The position numbers were made by a program, and so were the translations under genes. 64,000 nucleotides of DNA from Basidiobolus meristosporus CBS 931.73. Lineage: Eukaryota > Fungi > Basidiobolomycota. Positions within the stretch are counted from its first letter, which is position 1. The number at the start of each line of letters is the position of its first letter. Below are positions 51,582 through 63,552 of the stretch, piece by piece. The notes beneath the pieces were generated by a model, which was not told where the DNA came from, did not search any database, and saw only the letters and a list, made by a program, of their open reading frames with translations. The stretch lies in assembly GCA_002104905.1 (NCBI GenBank), contig MCFE01000001.1:281099-345098 (forward strand). Direction: 5' to 3'.

Positions 51582-54569
51582 TGGATAAACTTGAGGCAAG
51601 CCACAAAGATGGTTACTCTGTTCATCATGGCAACAATAGATATGATGACTGGAGAAAATGATTACAAACCGTATCAACAATGTCTTGGTTTATATCTGGC
51701 AGGAGTAATACCTGTTACTAGGCGCAGTTATTCTTTGGTGATGTCACACCTTCACTAAGAGACATCTTTTTATATGGTGGATATCTTGTAGAGCACTTGA
51801 GAGATTTATCATTGGAGGGTCACCATAGTAATAGTGGTAGGAGAAGTACCAGTGCCAGTAGCCAAAATTTCTCTCTAACAGGAATTTTTGGCAAACTTGA
51901 CTCTGGCATTTTGAGAATTAGAATGACTGATTTTAGAATACTGAAGATGCTAGAACCAGTACCCTAATGGACAGCAAAATAGTCAACCTATTTTTTCTGC
52001 AGGATACTAATACTAGAATGAGAGTCACAGGAAGACTCCTTCTTGGTAATAGTTGCACAAGTGATCACAAGAATCTTTATGTATTTGGTGGCTTTGAGGT
52101 AGAGAACAAAATTTCCAACCCAACAACTAACAAAAGTGGAGATGGAGAAAATATCAAAGCAGCAGCAACTATTCATTGTAAAGATAATTTCAATTGTAAA
52201 GATCCAAGTAAGCTACAAGTTATTTGTTACATGGATGCTGATCAGAATTGGAGAATGTGTAGTAGTAGTACCCTTCAAACTAAACCATTCATGGGGAACC
52301 CCAAAAACATGCCAACCCAACAAGCCTGGGCAATTCTAACATATGCATACAATTGCTTATTTCTACTTGGTGGATATGCCATTTCCAACACAAAAATACC
52401 TTTATTCCCACCAGAGGATACCCCCTTTTTAAATGAGTTTTATTGCTTGAGGCTATGCATTGGGACTTACAAGGAACTCTATATTCACTCCACAACTCAG
52501 AAGGAGTTGCTAGGAGATGCTACTTTGGTTGTCAATGAATCTGGAAATCTAATTCATTACATCAACAAGGGAAACGTTGCTTTTATGTATGACATTGATA
52601 ATAGAATATGAATTTATCCACCTGACCCAGCACAACATATTACTACCAAGCAACTTCTGGGACAAATACTCAATGAGTCAGCTGGAGTACCACTCATGAG
52701 TATAGATGGAAGAAACAATAGTTTACTTAGACAGAGTGCTGAGATTCTCAAAGTTCCTTTTAAGAATCATCAAATCTTTGGTGTGCATTGGCTTAAATAC
52801 ACAGAAATACTTCATAATGGAGTGCTGCCTGCAGATTCCATGGGGTTGGGGAAAACTCTAGAGATATTGAGCTTGATTGTGGAAACACCTATGCAACAAC
52901 CAAATCTCATTATTGTTCTATTATCATTACTATTGAATTGGCTAGAAGTAATCAAGAGCAAAGCACAAATATCAATTCATGAGATACATGTGTTCCATGG
53001 GAAATATTGAGCCATATGTACAGTTGATATGAAGGCCAAATGGATTGTCCTCACTACCTATCATATGCTTTGTTTAGAAGCAAAGAACTCTGGATCACCT
53101 ATCTGGAAGGTGGAATTTGGTTGAGTAGTAGCTGATGAAGCAGATATACTGAAGTACTATTCTGGTGGAAGCACAAACACAATAGCCAAGGTGAATGAAA
53201 AGTCCTTGATTCTTATCACTGTGACTCCTTTTCAAAATGATCTTATGGATATATACTTGTACTTTATTCTCTTTGGTCTATGGGAAGGCACTCCAGAGGA
53301 TTTTCAATGACTAATGAGTGAGGGGAAGAATGCTAATAGGCTTGTTGACTGGGTGGTGAAAAGATTAGGCCATATAGTTTTGTGACAAGTACCAGAGTCT
53401 CAACTTTTTGGAGAGAGAGCAGTATAAATGATTAATATACAAGAGCAGATTATTCTGTGTCAATTTTCCCTGGAAGAACAAAAGAAATATACTGAACTAC
53501 TAGGAGAACTGCCAAATGACATTGGTAAGATGGGAGCTAATACATATTTGCACCTATTTTCATGTCATCCATTCATGTATACCTGGAGCAGAGAGAAGAA
53601 TATTAATTTGCAATGAATGAATACTATTGACAGGGAAGAGGATGATGTAGAAGCTGTTTCTGCTGGTATTCTTGATGAGATAAGTACATTACTAGGTAGT
53701 GGAGACAAAGAAGAAGAAGCAGTAGCAAGTACATCTAATTCTAACCCCTCTTCATTGTTGCCCAAAATGACTTCTGAGCAAGTGGAAATAGATCACGCCA
53801 TTGATAACAATAATGCCACTCCCAATGAAGATATACTTAAAACAAACACCCAGCAAAGAGGTAATACTACAGAGGGGTTAGATTTGGAACAAGTCTTTAT
53901 GGAGGATTTTATTTCTGGTGTTGCTAATAACACAGTTAACAAACATAGTGTAAAGACACAGCAAGTGATTGATATCCTGCAAAAGGAGATACTTGCTAAT
54001 GGGGAGCACAATTGGGTTGTCATATTTTCCTCTTTTAATCTGATGCTTGATTTAATTGCATATTATTTGAAGAGAAATTCAATCCCTTTCCTTACTATAA
54101 CTGGATATACTCCAGTACAAGTTAAAAAAAGCAATCTCAAACAATTTGCACCACTAGTTCCAGAGAATGGAATCCAGGTTTTATTAATGAATCTTAAATG
54201 TGAAGCATTTGGGTTGAATTTATAGATGGTGTCAGTGGCAATCTTCACTGATAACTGGTGGAATCCGTTTGTTGAAGCCCAAGCAAAAGCTTGTGTATGG
54301 AGAGTGAATCAGCCAAAGGATGTAGTCAGTTACCAGCGGATAAAGCAGGATTCAATTGAGTCCCAAGGACTTATTGACAGTCAAACCCAAAAGCTTAACT
54401 TATTGACTAGAATGAGCAATACAATTGTTGATGAATCTTCCAAAGTTCCTATTTCTTTGAACCTTCAACGCAAGATGACATGTATGTAAGTCAATTATGT
54501 GGAGTACAGGATAAAGATGAAGACAAGGATACTGCAGCAGCTACTAGCACACCCTGTGACAATATTATA

Positions 54570-54604
<35 letters not shown>

Positions 54605-54665
54605 GAAAAGAAAAGAAAAGGAAAGCGAAAGGAGAAGGTTGTTGAATAGGATAGCAGTGCAGTAA
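51582..54665 (+). pseudogene. Kelch-repeat/SNF2-family helicase fusion, inactivated by in-frame stops
   Basis: LYVFGGF and LFLLGGY Kelch motifs; ADSMGLGKT, VVADEA, TVTPFQN, VIFSSF, GLNL, WNP..E.QA; one frame 51967-54489 with 8 stops. Confidence 0.8.
54570..54602 (+). repeat. (GAT)11 microsatellite (poly-Asp)
   Basis: Direct reading. Confidence 0.9.
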
Positions 54666-55576
54666 TAGTAGTGTCTATATTGGGTTTCCTATATGGAATG
54701 TGCTAAATATTACTATTTGCTTGATCAAACTTGTATTAGGACTGCGTAATATAAATAAAGTAACTGAGTTGATTGCAATGTACACATGAATATAATATTT
54801 TTATTATGTGCAATAGTAACAAACAATTTAATATTTACAGATTGGGGGGGTGAATATCTCAATTGTGTGTGAGATAATAATTTAATAATGCTAGTATTGA
54901 CAGTAATGAAAAAATTGTTGTATTTGGTACTGCGCAAGACTGGAGTGCTCAAATATTTCATGATTGTATATTGTATATGTATGAGATGTGATTTGAGAAA
55001 GACAGTCTTAATGATAGTTGAAATGATACTCATGTGAAAATCTGTTGTGTTAGATGCGCGCATGGCTCAGAGTAAATGGTTTGTCATGAATACTTATATA
55101 GGGAAATTGAAGCAAATCAATCTTAGTATTAGGTGTTGTAGATATGATTTGATGGGCAAATAAATTACATTTGAAACCAAACGGAGTTGATACATTATAA
55201 AATTTCATTGAATCAAATTTACTCCTGATCACCATGCTGTATTATGGCAACAGACTTTAGACTTTGATAGAGTACTCTAAATCTTCAAGATATTACCAAG
55301 ATATATATCCCATTAAACTCGTTTTAGGTTTTAATCCTTTACTTGTCTGAAGAACCTAGTGGTTAATACACTGAATAGTTTTACACATACAAACAATAAT
55401 GAACTGCCAAAAAGAAATAGGTAAGAGTCTATATACATGATTAACATTAAATACAAACAGAAGAAATTGGTAGAAACTTGCATGTTTTATTAATCTAATA
55501 CTATTGTAGCTAATGTAACTAAGAATCCAAGAAAAATAAGAAGAAAAGGCAAAAAAAAGGTGTGTAGAGGTAGAGG

Positions 55577-58132
55577 GTGCAGAGGAGGAGGAGAGGAGAA
55601 GGAAGGCATACAAAGCCCCAGAAGAATCTCACAAAATTGGCAGAGGTGCCAGAAGAGGTACAAAACAGAATCAATCAGAGTGAAAGCAATCAAGTCATCC
55701 TTATTCAAGCAGTCAACAGCTTTGCCTTGGCATTAGAACAAGCCAGTATTGGTGTTGGTAGATCAGCAGGGAATTTTGTACAAGACAGGGATGCTAAGTG
55801 TAAAGTAATCCAATGGCAACATAATCTACCTTCCTCTTATCTGTTGAATAACCAACCAAAGAAGAGGATGAGCAATATAGAAGATAATGGAGAACAAAAT
55901 AATTCATCAGTTTCTAAAGGTAAAGTAACATCTGTTATGTTAATCTACAAAGTTTTCCAAGAATGCTAATTATGTTAATATATTGCTAATTGATATATCC
56001 TTAGTTGCTACATATGCTACCACTGCTACAATATCAGATAAGAAGACTGCTGCTGCTTCCAGTATTTTTCAAAACACTATTCTGTTGATTGTAAAACCAA
56101 AATGCTTGTTCTAATGAGATAATTTCCAAAAGCAACTGACATATATTGAGATTCTGAGCAGCAAGAGTGATGAAGATAATGATACTCATTGCTTAACAAG
56201 GAAGGAAGGAACTGGTCATGATGATAGTTTCCATATTACTGCCAATTGTGATGAAAGTGATGGTATTTGCAATAATCAGAGCTCTGTGAAAACTAACAAA
56301 GTGGTAGAGGCTGAGATTGTGGTTAATAGTGTAGCAAAATCATTGGATAATTTAACACCTGGTTCAGATTTACCAGAACAACAAATCTCACCTTTGAGCT
56401 CCCCTGGAGAATCAGCAAACAAAGTTTATCCAACTTGTAAAGAATTTGATGCAGCAATACAAGATTTGTTACTCTTTTTGTCAAGTTCACAAAAGAACAA
56501 AGATCTTACTAGAGAAGTATCTATATCAGAAATCAAAAGTTTTACCAATGATATTATGATTAATGAGGCATCCTGCACAGCTTCTTTGGTAGCAGTAGTG
56601 ACTGGTAACAAAGAAGCCATTGAACAAGGTAGGCTGCTTTGTCATTATGATACTCCTATGAGTGCAGCTGAGTTAAAGTTACTTGTCTCAATGCATCAGG
56701 AGTTCCTGGCATTTTGGTTAGAAGTATTCTACCAGGAGCCTGGAAGGATGACATGCATTCTACATGGGAATCAAGGCCTTAAAGGGATTTCATCCACTCA
56801 GGCAAACATCTATAGGAATGCATCAATCAAACAGTTCTTGCTGTTGTCTATAAGGATCTCTAATGCAAATCTCAAAAATCAAGACAAATGTTGGGCTGTG
56901 GTTGCTAAAAAGGAAAATGTAAAGTCATATATACTGGTGAGAAGGTTTTAACATGGTTCAGCCCTGCTTAGCTCATCCACAATGAATAATATTTTACATC
57001 ATTTATTGAAAGCGGTGTACTTATATAATATCTGCTATAATCCCCAAACAAAAAATGCGCCAAATGTGTGCTACAAAGTTGAGATGTACTTAAATGCACT
57101 AGGAAGCTTTGCTGGACAAATGAAAAATCAAAATAGATTACTTTGTCAACAACAAAAGCAAATTGAGTGTATAGTGGAAGAAGCAGGGCTAACTGATAGA
57201 TAGATAAGCATATTATTCTCAGGGCTTTTGAGGAATATGCAGACTATCCTAGAGACAGTTTTGCCCTTGGATGAGTTGTCATATGCAGTATTAGAGAACA
57301 CCAAACTAAACCAGCAGCAACAGAGTACTTTGGGGATATGGAGTTTGTAACAGCTAAAAGTGGGAGAATGATTACCTACCTGACTGAAACCACTCAAAGC
57401 AAGGAGTCACCTCATCGTCTGCTTTGTCAGTTATCAGTAAGGTTCCAACAGTTACTTTATACTGCCATTTAAATTTCAGCACCAAGTAGGAGATATAAGC
57501 CACTGGCTTATATGTTATTACGTTTGTCATATCAGCATTCTGCAAAAGATATCCGGTATTCAGGGGAGCAGAATGTAATGTATGATCCCAAGAATGAACA
57601 GTTTATTTTTAATCTCAACAAAGATAAGCGTCCAGGTGGTACTTTATTGTCAATGCCAGTAGAGTTGACCAAGTACATCATCTACTGGATTTCTTTGCTT
57701 TGCCCAACATGGGTACTGAATCAAGGCCAAGGTCACCCATATTTCTTTACTCGGTTATGTGGGAAGGGGAGTCTTGATCCGCAATGTACTGGCACTCTAT
57801 TCCTAGCTGCAATTTGGCAGGTGTTTTCTGATTCAAACAGATCATTTGATCAGAGAGAATTTCGCCGCTGGTGTTCTGGTTATGGAATATCATATGGCTT
57901 AGTTGATGAATATGCTGCTGCTATGAATCATCATCCATCCACGGCCAGACAGATCTACGCCCCTGAAACCCAGGAATCATTATCTACTACTGCTATTAAC
58001 CATTAACAGTGCAATGTGCTACGTAGAAGACTTGGTGGGGCTGAGGTTAATGATGACAATGATAATGATGATGACAATGATAACAATGATGATACTTATT
58101 TGAAGTGTGGTTGTTTGCAGAAGCAGCGTTGA
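55577..58132 (+). pseudogene. Putative tyrosine-recombinase-domain protein with long N-terminal extension
   Basis: APSRR...AYM; FIFNLNKDKRPGG..SMPVELTKYI.YW; HPYFF; REFRR; AAAMNHHPSTARQIY; stops, frameshift at (GATA)3 near 57195, intron-like 55920-56004. Confidence 0.5.
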
Positions 58133-59092
58133 ATAGTGTATACAACCTCCGAGGATCATGAACAATGAGATTCTTCTGGATAATTAATCTTGAAGAATAC
58201 CTTCCAATTTTCCTTACAATGTGTTAGTATTTGTAAATTTTAGTAAACATCTAACCCAAAAGTTGTCTATCATTTAGTCAAGTCAAGTTAGTAGCTCCTC
58301 TATATCAATCGGCGATAGTGCAGTGGTATCTGCTACTTTTAAGATATAGTGTGAAACTTGGTGTATGAGTAGTGATTGATGATTGGAGCGCTAGTATGAA
58401 TGATGAATACTAGTCATGATTTGTATATACGTCTATTTTGTATCTCCTTCTTTATTCCTTCCCTTCTACTGAGAAATTTGATATTTGGTAGTTGTAGCGC
58501 AAAGCAGTCATTTGCTCAATGGCAAAAAGCAATAGGTCCTTTGTGACCAAGCGGTATGTGTGGTTATTGGAATCCCGTGTACTCTGACTGTGAGATTCCT
58601 TTGAGGAAGTGCTCCCACTTATTATTATTTCTCAAGTGATCCACCTAGCTATTGGGCGGTAGGGGTGAGGGTTAGAGTATTTTGCATAATATTTGTCAGC
58701 CCTGATTCTGACCTCCGCCTTGCTCTAGTCTAGTGTACTACAGTTTGAGATGTGGTTTTCAACACAATGTGGTCATTTGTCACTTTTTTTTGCTTCTTGA
58801 CAATAGGTTCTTTTGTTCTGAACCTAGAGGCACCCTTTGCCTAAAGTAGAGGTGTACTCTGACTATGTCCTTGGCATTTCCCGAGTTGAATGTGTTGCCA
58901 CATTTCCTGAACTGTAGACGTGTTGATCCCTCTTGGCTGAAACCTATGTTGGGAGTAATATATAGCTTCCTATAGCCTTGGGTTTTAAGCAATAATTAGT
59001 AGCATCCATCTTTGGTTTGGCACCACGCAATCATCCTCTGACCTCCTCTACCTTTCTTTTAAGGTGAGTTGAGCTGTAAAAGAGGCAGGTTT

Positions 59093-59709
59093 TCTTGAAA
59101 TTTGGCTGCAATAAACAGACGTTGTTTGTTGGTTGCACTGATTGCAGCTCATTTGAGTGAGTGCGGCTATCTTGCTGTTTGCTCAAGGAAGAGAAGAAAT
59201 CTTAGTCATGTGCACCCACCTTTAGTATCTTGAAAGTTACAATAATGGGCTTGCACTAGGCTCCCTTAAGCCTATGAGCGGCAATATCACTTGCATTGTC
59301 TGTCTCTGACTAAGTTTTGGGGTTGTTTTATCACTTGACATAGCTGTTTGCTGGTAAGGGTCTGGCAATAGGGACTTTGTTCTCTAGATGCACAAGGTGA
59401 GGGAGTGACCTTTGTGCTCTGGCTGTGCTCCTCATTTGAGTGAGTGTACACTTCAAAGCATTTCTTGAACGCATTTGCTGCAATATAAGGAGTGGAGAGG
59501 TGTTGTTGTGTTGGTCATGTGCGCCTACAATATCTTGTAGATTGCAAGAAAGGCTTGCACTGGGCTCCCTCACGCCCATGAGCATTGATACTTCTAGTAT
59601 TCTTTGTCTCTGACTGCATTACTATATCTATTCCACTCTCCTAAATATTGCTGTTTGCTTGTAAAAGCCAGGCAATAGCAGCAGCGCACTTTGCATCCTA
59701 GATGCACAA
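59093..59709. repeat. Degenerate, partly shuffled ~300-bp tandem duplication
   Basis: CTCATTTGAGTGAGTG at 59148/59431, GGCTTGCACT.GGCTCCCT twice, CTAGATGCACAA at 59384/59698. Confidence 0.7.
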
Positions 59710-59799
59710 TTTTATATATTTCAGAAATATTGTACACCTGTCATGTTAATAACAGCTGGTATAGTTGTACATTAATAAACTTGTGAAATAGCACACCAT

Positions 59800-60778
59800 T
59801 TTTTAGGCAACATCTCTCCTGCGTGATACAGCTCACCCATGGATAGCAATGAACTCTTCACAGTAGATATATATTTCCCAATTATGAAATTAGTTGTACT
59901 ACGGATAAAATAAGTCTTAAGAAATCGGGCTATATATTATTTAAGAAAATGAATTTTTTGTTGATATCTGGATTGCACAGCATAGGTTGCCATTGCTGAA
60001 AGAAATTGGTCAACCCTCTGATCATTCCCGGCAACATAGTGTTTTTGCACCCATACAGGGTGTGCATTTCATATGGATCCTCATTGTCATGCAGCCTAAT
60101 GAATTCGCTTGAATAGACACCCTTCTCTTGATTGTAGTTCTGGTTCATTATGCGCAAGAAGACATCCTGTAAGGATGCTCCCAAGATCCCGTAGTTGGCA
60201 ATTCCCATTGCTCTACTGTTTGATTTCAGAAAGCGTAGCAAGGCCGGGATTTCACGGTTACAGTTGGTTGGAATCATAATCACGCTTTCAGCACCCAAAT
60301 TGGAGGTACTGATGGCTTTGGGAATGAGGCGCCAAACTCAAGTTAGGATCTCAACGTTGGTTATTTGTGTGGTTGCATTTGTCTTGACAACAGTGAGAGT
60401 ATAGCCTACCCCATAGTTAGCCTTGAAGAGCAATGAGCTTCCAATACACTGGAGCCTGCCATAACACACAATAGCGATCCAATCCCCAAGCAGGTTGGCC
60501 TCGTCAATGAAATGGGTGGTTAGCACAATTATACGGCCTGCTCAATTATGGTTGATGACATCCCAGGTGGATCTCCTGGAATAAGGATCCATACCGCTAG
60601 TTGGCTCATCAAGGAATACAACCTTGGAGTCCCCAATAAAAGCGATGGCTACGGATAGCTTTCGCTTTTGCCCTCCAGATAAGGTCTGCACATAGCTATC
60701 TGCCTTTTCCAGTAGGCCAGTCTGAGCAATGAATTTCTCCACATTGCCAGATATTTTCAAATTTGGCACTCCCTTCAG
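59800..60778 (-). pseudogene. ABCA-subfamily transporter fragment (NBD1 region), 5' part lost
   Basis: [56 protein letters not shown]; in-frame TGA stops. Confidence 0.92.
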
Positions 60779-63552
60779 GGTTAGGGGGGGAGACAGTCAC
60801 CAACAGGTGAAATCTTTATTTCAGTTGAAACAAAGAAGCCAGCGCTACTGTTGTAGCTTTGATACAAGAGTGTGTAGCTGAGGGGAATTTGTAGGTAAGT
60901 TAATAAGAAGTGATGATAGTTCTTCAGTGCTCAAGACACTGTTCAGTGGGAAGGGGGGTAGCAAGAGAGGTAAGAATGACTTGTGAACAACATTAATGAG
61001 GGGAATGTGATAAGGATTGATATTCATCATAAAGGGAGTGTGCTGCTGCAGATATTGCTGCCAAAGGTCTGTCAAGTACTTCAGGTAGGCCAGCTTGGGT
61101 TTTTCTGACTGCAGAATAAATTCTGCAAACTTCTTGACTTCAGGATCTCCAAGTATAGTTCTCCAGCAGGAGCCAGGTGTTGTGTGGTGTGTTCTCTTCC
61201 AGGCCTTAATCAGTGGGTTGTTGCAGTTGTGAAGTCTGAGGTATAATCTGGTTCTAAGGTAGAGAAGTCTGATCTTATAGGGCATAAACCCAAAAGCACC
61301 AAGAATAGCATGTCTGTAGGGGCATTCAGGCAAATGAGGCACCAAGGAGGTAATGCACCATACTGCAAACTTGTCAAGCTTAGTGCAGTCTCTAGAAGTA
61401 AGAGAGAGAAGTGGTAAGCCAAATTCCAGGACAGGGAAGACAAACTGCTTGAGTAGAAGGAGGCAGCTGGGAGCTGAAGTTGTAGGAGGAGTAACAGCCA
61501 ACAGCTTGTGGAGTGCCTGTCTTGCCAGGATAATTCTCTTCTTCAGGTGTGCTCCAGAGTCTAGTCCAGTAGGAAGGAAAGGAAAGCCAAGATATGTAGC
61601 AGAAACCTGAGCAGGTAGAGTGGAGTTCTCCAAGATGATGGGAGAGCCCAAAGGTACTGTCTTTGCAATGGAAAGCTGGAGATTATTCTTCTGCAGATAC
61701 TGGTGGATGGTCTGGGAGTCTTGTTGCACATTGGAGGAGGATATTCTGATGTCATCAGCAAAGAGAGTAACCAGGCAGTCAGCTGAGAGTCTTGGGAAAT
61801 CATTCAGGAAGATGGCAAACAGTATAGGACCAAGCACAGAGCCTTGAACCACTCCATTAGGAACTGAGAACACAGCTGATTGCTCACTTGGGTGCAGAAT
61901 TCTTGCTTGTGGATCCAGAAACAGAGACCTGACAAGGAGGGTGAGAGAGGTACTGGAGAAGCATTGCAACTTGGACCAAAGCAGATTTCTGTCAACCAAA
62001 TCAAAGGCCTTAGTAATATCAAACAGAACTGAGGGATACTTGCACTGGAGAGAGTGATCTTGGCAAAGTATGACTGCATATTCCAAGGAGAGGCCAGGAA
62101 CAAAGCCAAACTGTGCAGGATGAAACTTGAGGGAGTCAGAGTAGAGCTCCTGAGCAAGCAGAAGCTCAAACACCTTTCTGCAGGTGGGCAGCAGAGATAT
62201 TGGCCTGTAGGAGCTAGGATCCAGGTGCTTTCCTTTACCCTTGTACAGTGGCAGAACATTTGCAAAGGACCATTCCTCAGGAGTAGAAAGCTGGGCTGAG
62301 CATTGCTGAAACAGTGGAAGCAGAAGTGCAGACATGGCCTTGGTACTAGTCTTCAGAAGCTCATAGGAGATTGTGTCCACACCTGGAGCAGTAGAGTTGG
62401 GAAGCCTCTTGAGCACATTATGGATTCTCCTTTGATCAAGTGCAAGTGGGATGGGCAGAGTCTTGAAGTCAGGATGAAAGCCAGGAGTAGAGTACTGCTT
62501 TGTAGAGAAGAAGATGTTAGCCAGCTGTTCTGTTGAAGGTAACTTCCTGGAAGAGGGCCTCATTGCTCTGTAGAGTCTTGATACTGTTCTTGTTATAGAG
62601 TTGGAAGATTGCAGAGGCAAAGAACTCATAATATGATCCCAGAGCTGAGTATGCAGAGTGTGGTGAATTGCCTTGGAGTGGTGTATTGCTGTCAGGAGGA
62701 GTTTCTCTGTTTTTGGGTTAGGGAAACTCAGGTAGCTTTGTTGCAGGGCTGAAACAATGGATTCCCATTTTCTTGAGGTTACAGTAGTAGTCTTGCATGG
62801 CAGTGAGAGGGAGGCAGACACCAGAATCAGATGCTTCACAAAGAGCCAGGCATAGTTGAGATCATCTGGCAGAGAAAGTAGCAAACTGGCAAGCTTCAAG
62901 TAGTTCCCAAAGTCTTTCTTCTGATTCTTGGTAGCTTTGTGGGTGAGCACAGTAAGTTTTGGCAGCTTCTTCTTCACAACTGGTTGCATAGAAAGGGACC
63001 AGGCTGGGTGGTCAGAGGCTCTCAAGGATCCTAGCTCAGCTCCAGAGAATTGCTTGACTTCACTCACAAAGTAGAGGGCAGCAGCAGAAGGGCAGATCCA
63101 GTCAACACATCTTTTCTCAGATTGAGCACCCAGTGCTAGCAGATGGCTTTCTCTCAGGAAGTTCAGTAGGAATGTGGACCTTGGCTTCATTCTTGCAGTC
63201 AGAGTAGTCTTGTTCTCAGGATGGGGAATGTTGAGATCTCCAAGCAAGATAACAGGTGTTGATATAGATTGCTGGTATTGCCAAACTTTCTGGCAGATAA
63301 CTTGCACTTCCTGAAGGGCAAGACTTGGAGGCAGATAGCAGAGCACCAGACTGATAGTTGGCCACTGGAGAGCAGCACAGTAAGGGGAGTAAAGAGGAAC
63401 ACAGAGCTGAGGAGTATTGATGGTAGAAGAGATGAAGCAGATAGAGGAGGTATTCTTTGTACTAGGAGTAGAAAAGCAATATAGATTAGTCAAAAGTATA
63501 GAGGGTAGCTGGACATCAATCAAACACAGGAGGGAAAATCTTGAAAGAAGTC
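60777..63552 (-). mobile_element. LINE B2: uninterrupted APE(partial)+RT+C-terminal ORF
   Basis: Open frame from the 63552 boundary to the stop at 60845 with all RT motifs; 3' end AGGGTTAGGGGGGGAGACAGTCACCAACAGGTGA on the + strand. Confidence 0.98.

Noticed and set aside
51967-54489. TGA recoding (Trp/Sec) or an endobacterial insert
   Set aside because: TGAs fall at conserved Arg positions, TAA and TAG also interrupt the frame, and the block has spliceosomal-type junctions
55577-58132. Starship captain
   Set aside because: No recognisable DUF3435 features; the gene is last in the block and points outward
62713-62724. Internal GGGTTAGGG in LINEs (also ~47690, ~44215) as a telomere relic
   Set aside because: Encodes the conserved PNPK peptide in frame in both families; protein constraint is sufficient
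60777-63552. Penelope-like (Athena/Coprina) or telomerase RT identity
   Set aside because: APE motifs and LINE-type RT motifs (YRPISLL, QFGF, GVVQGS) indicate a non-LTR retrotransposon
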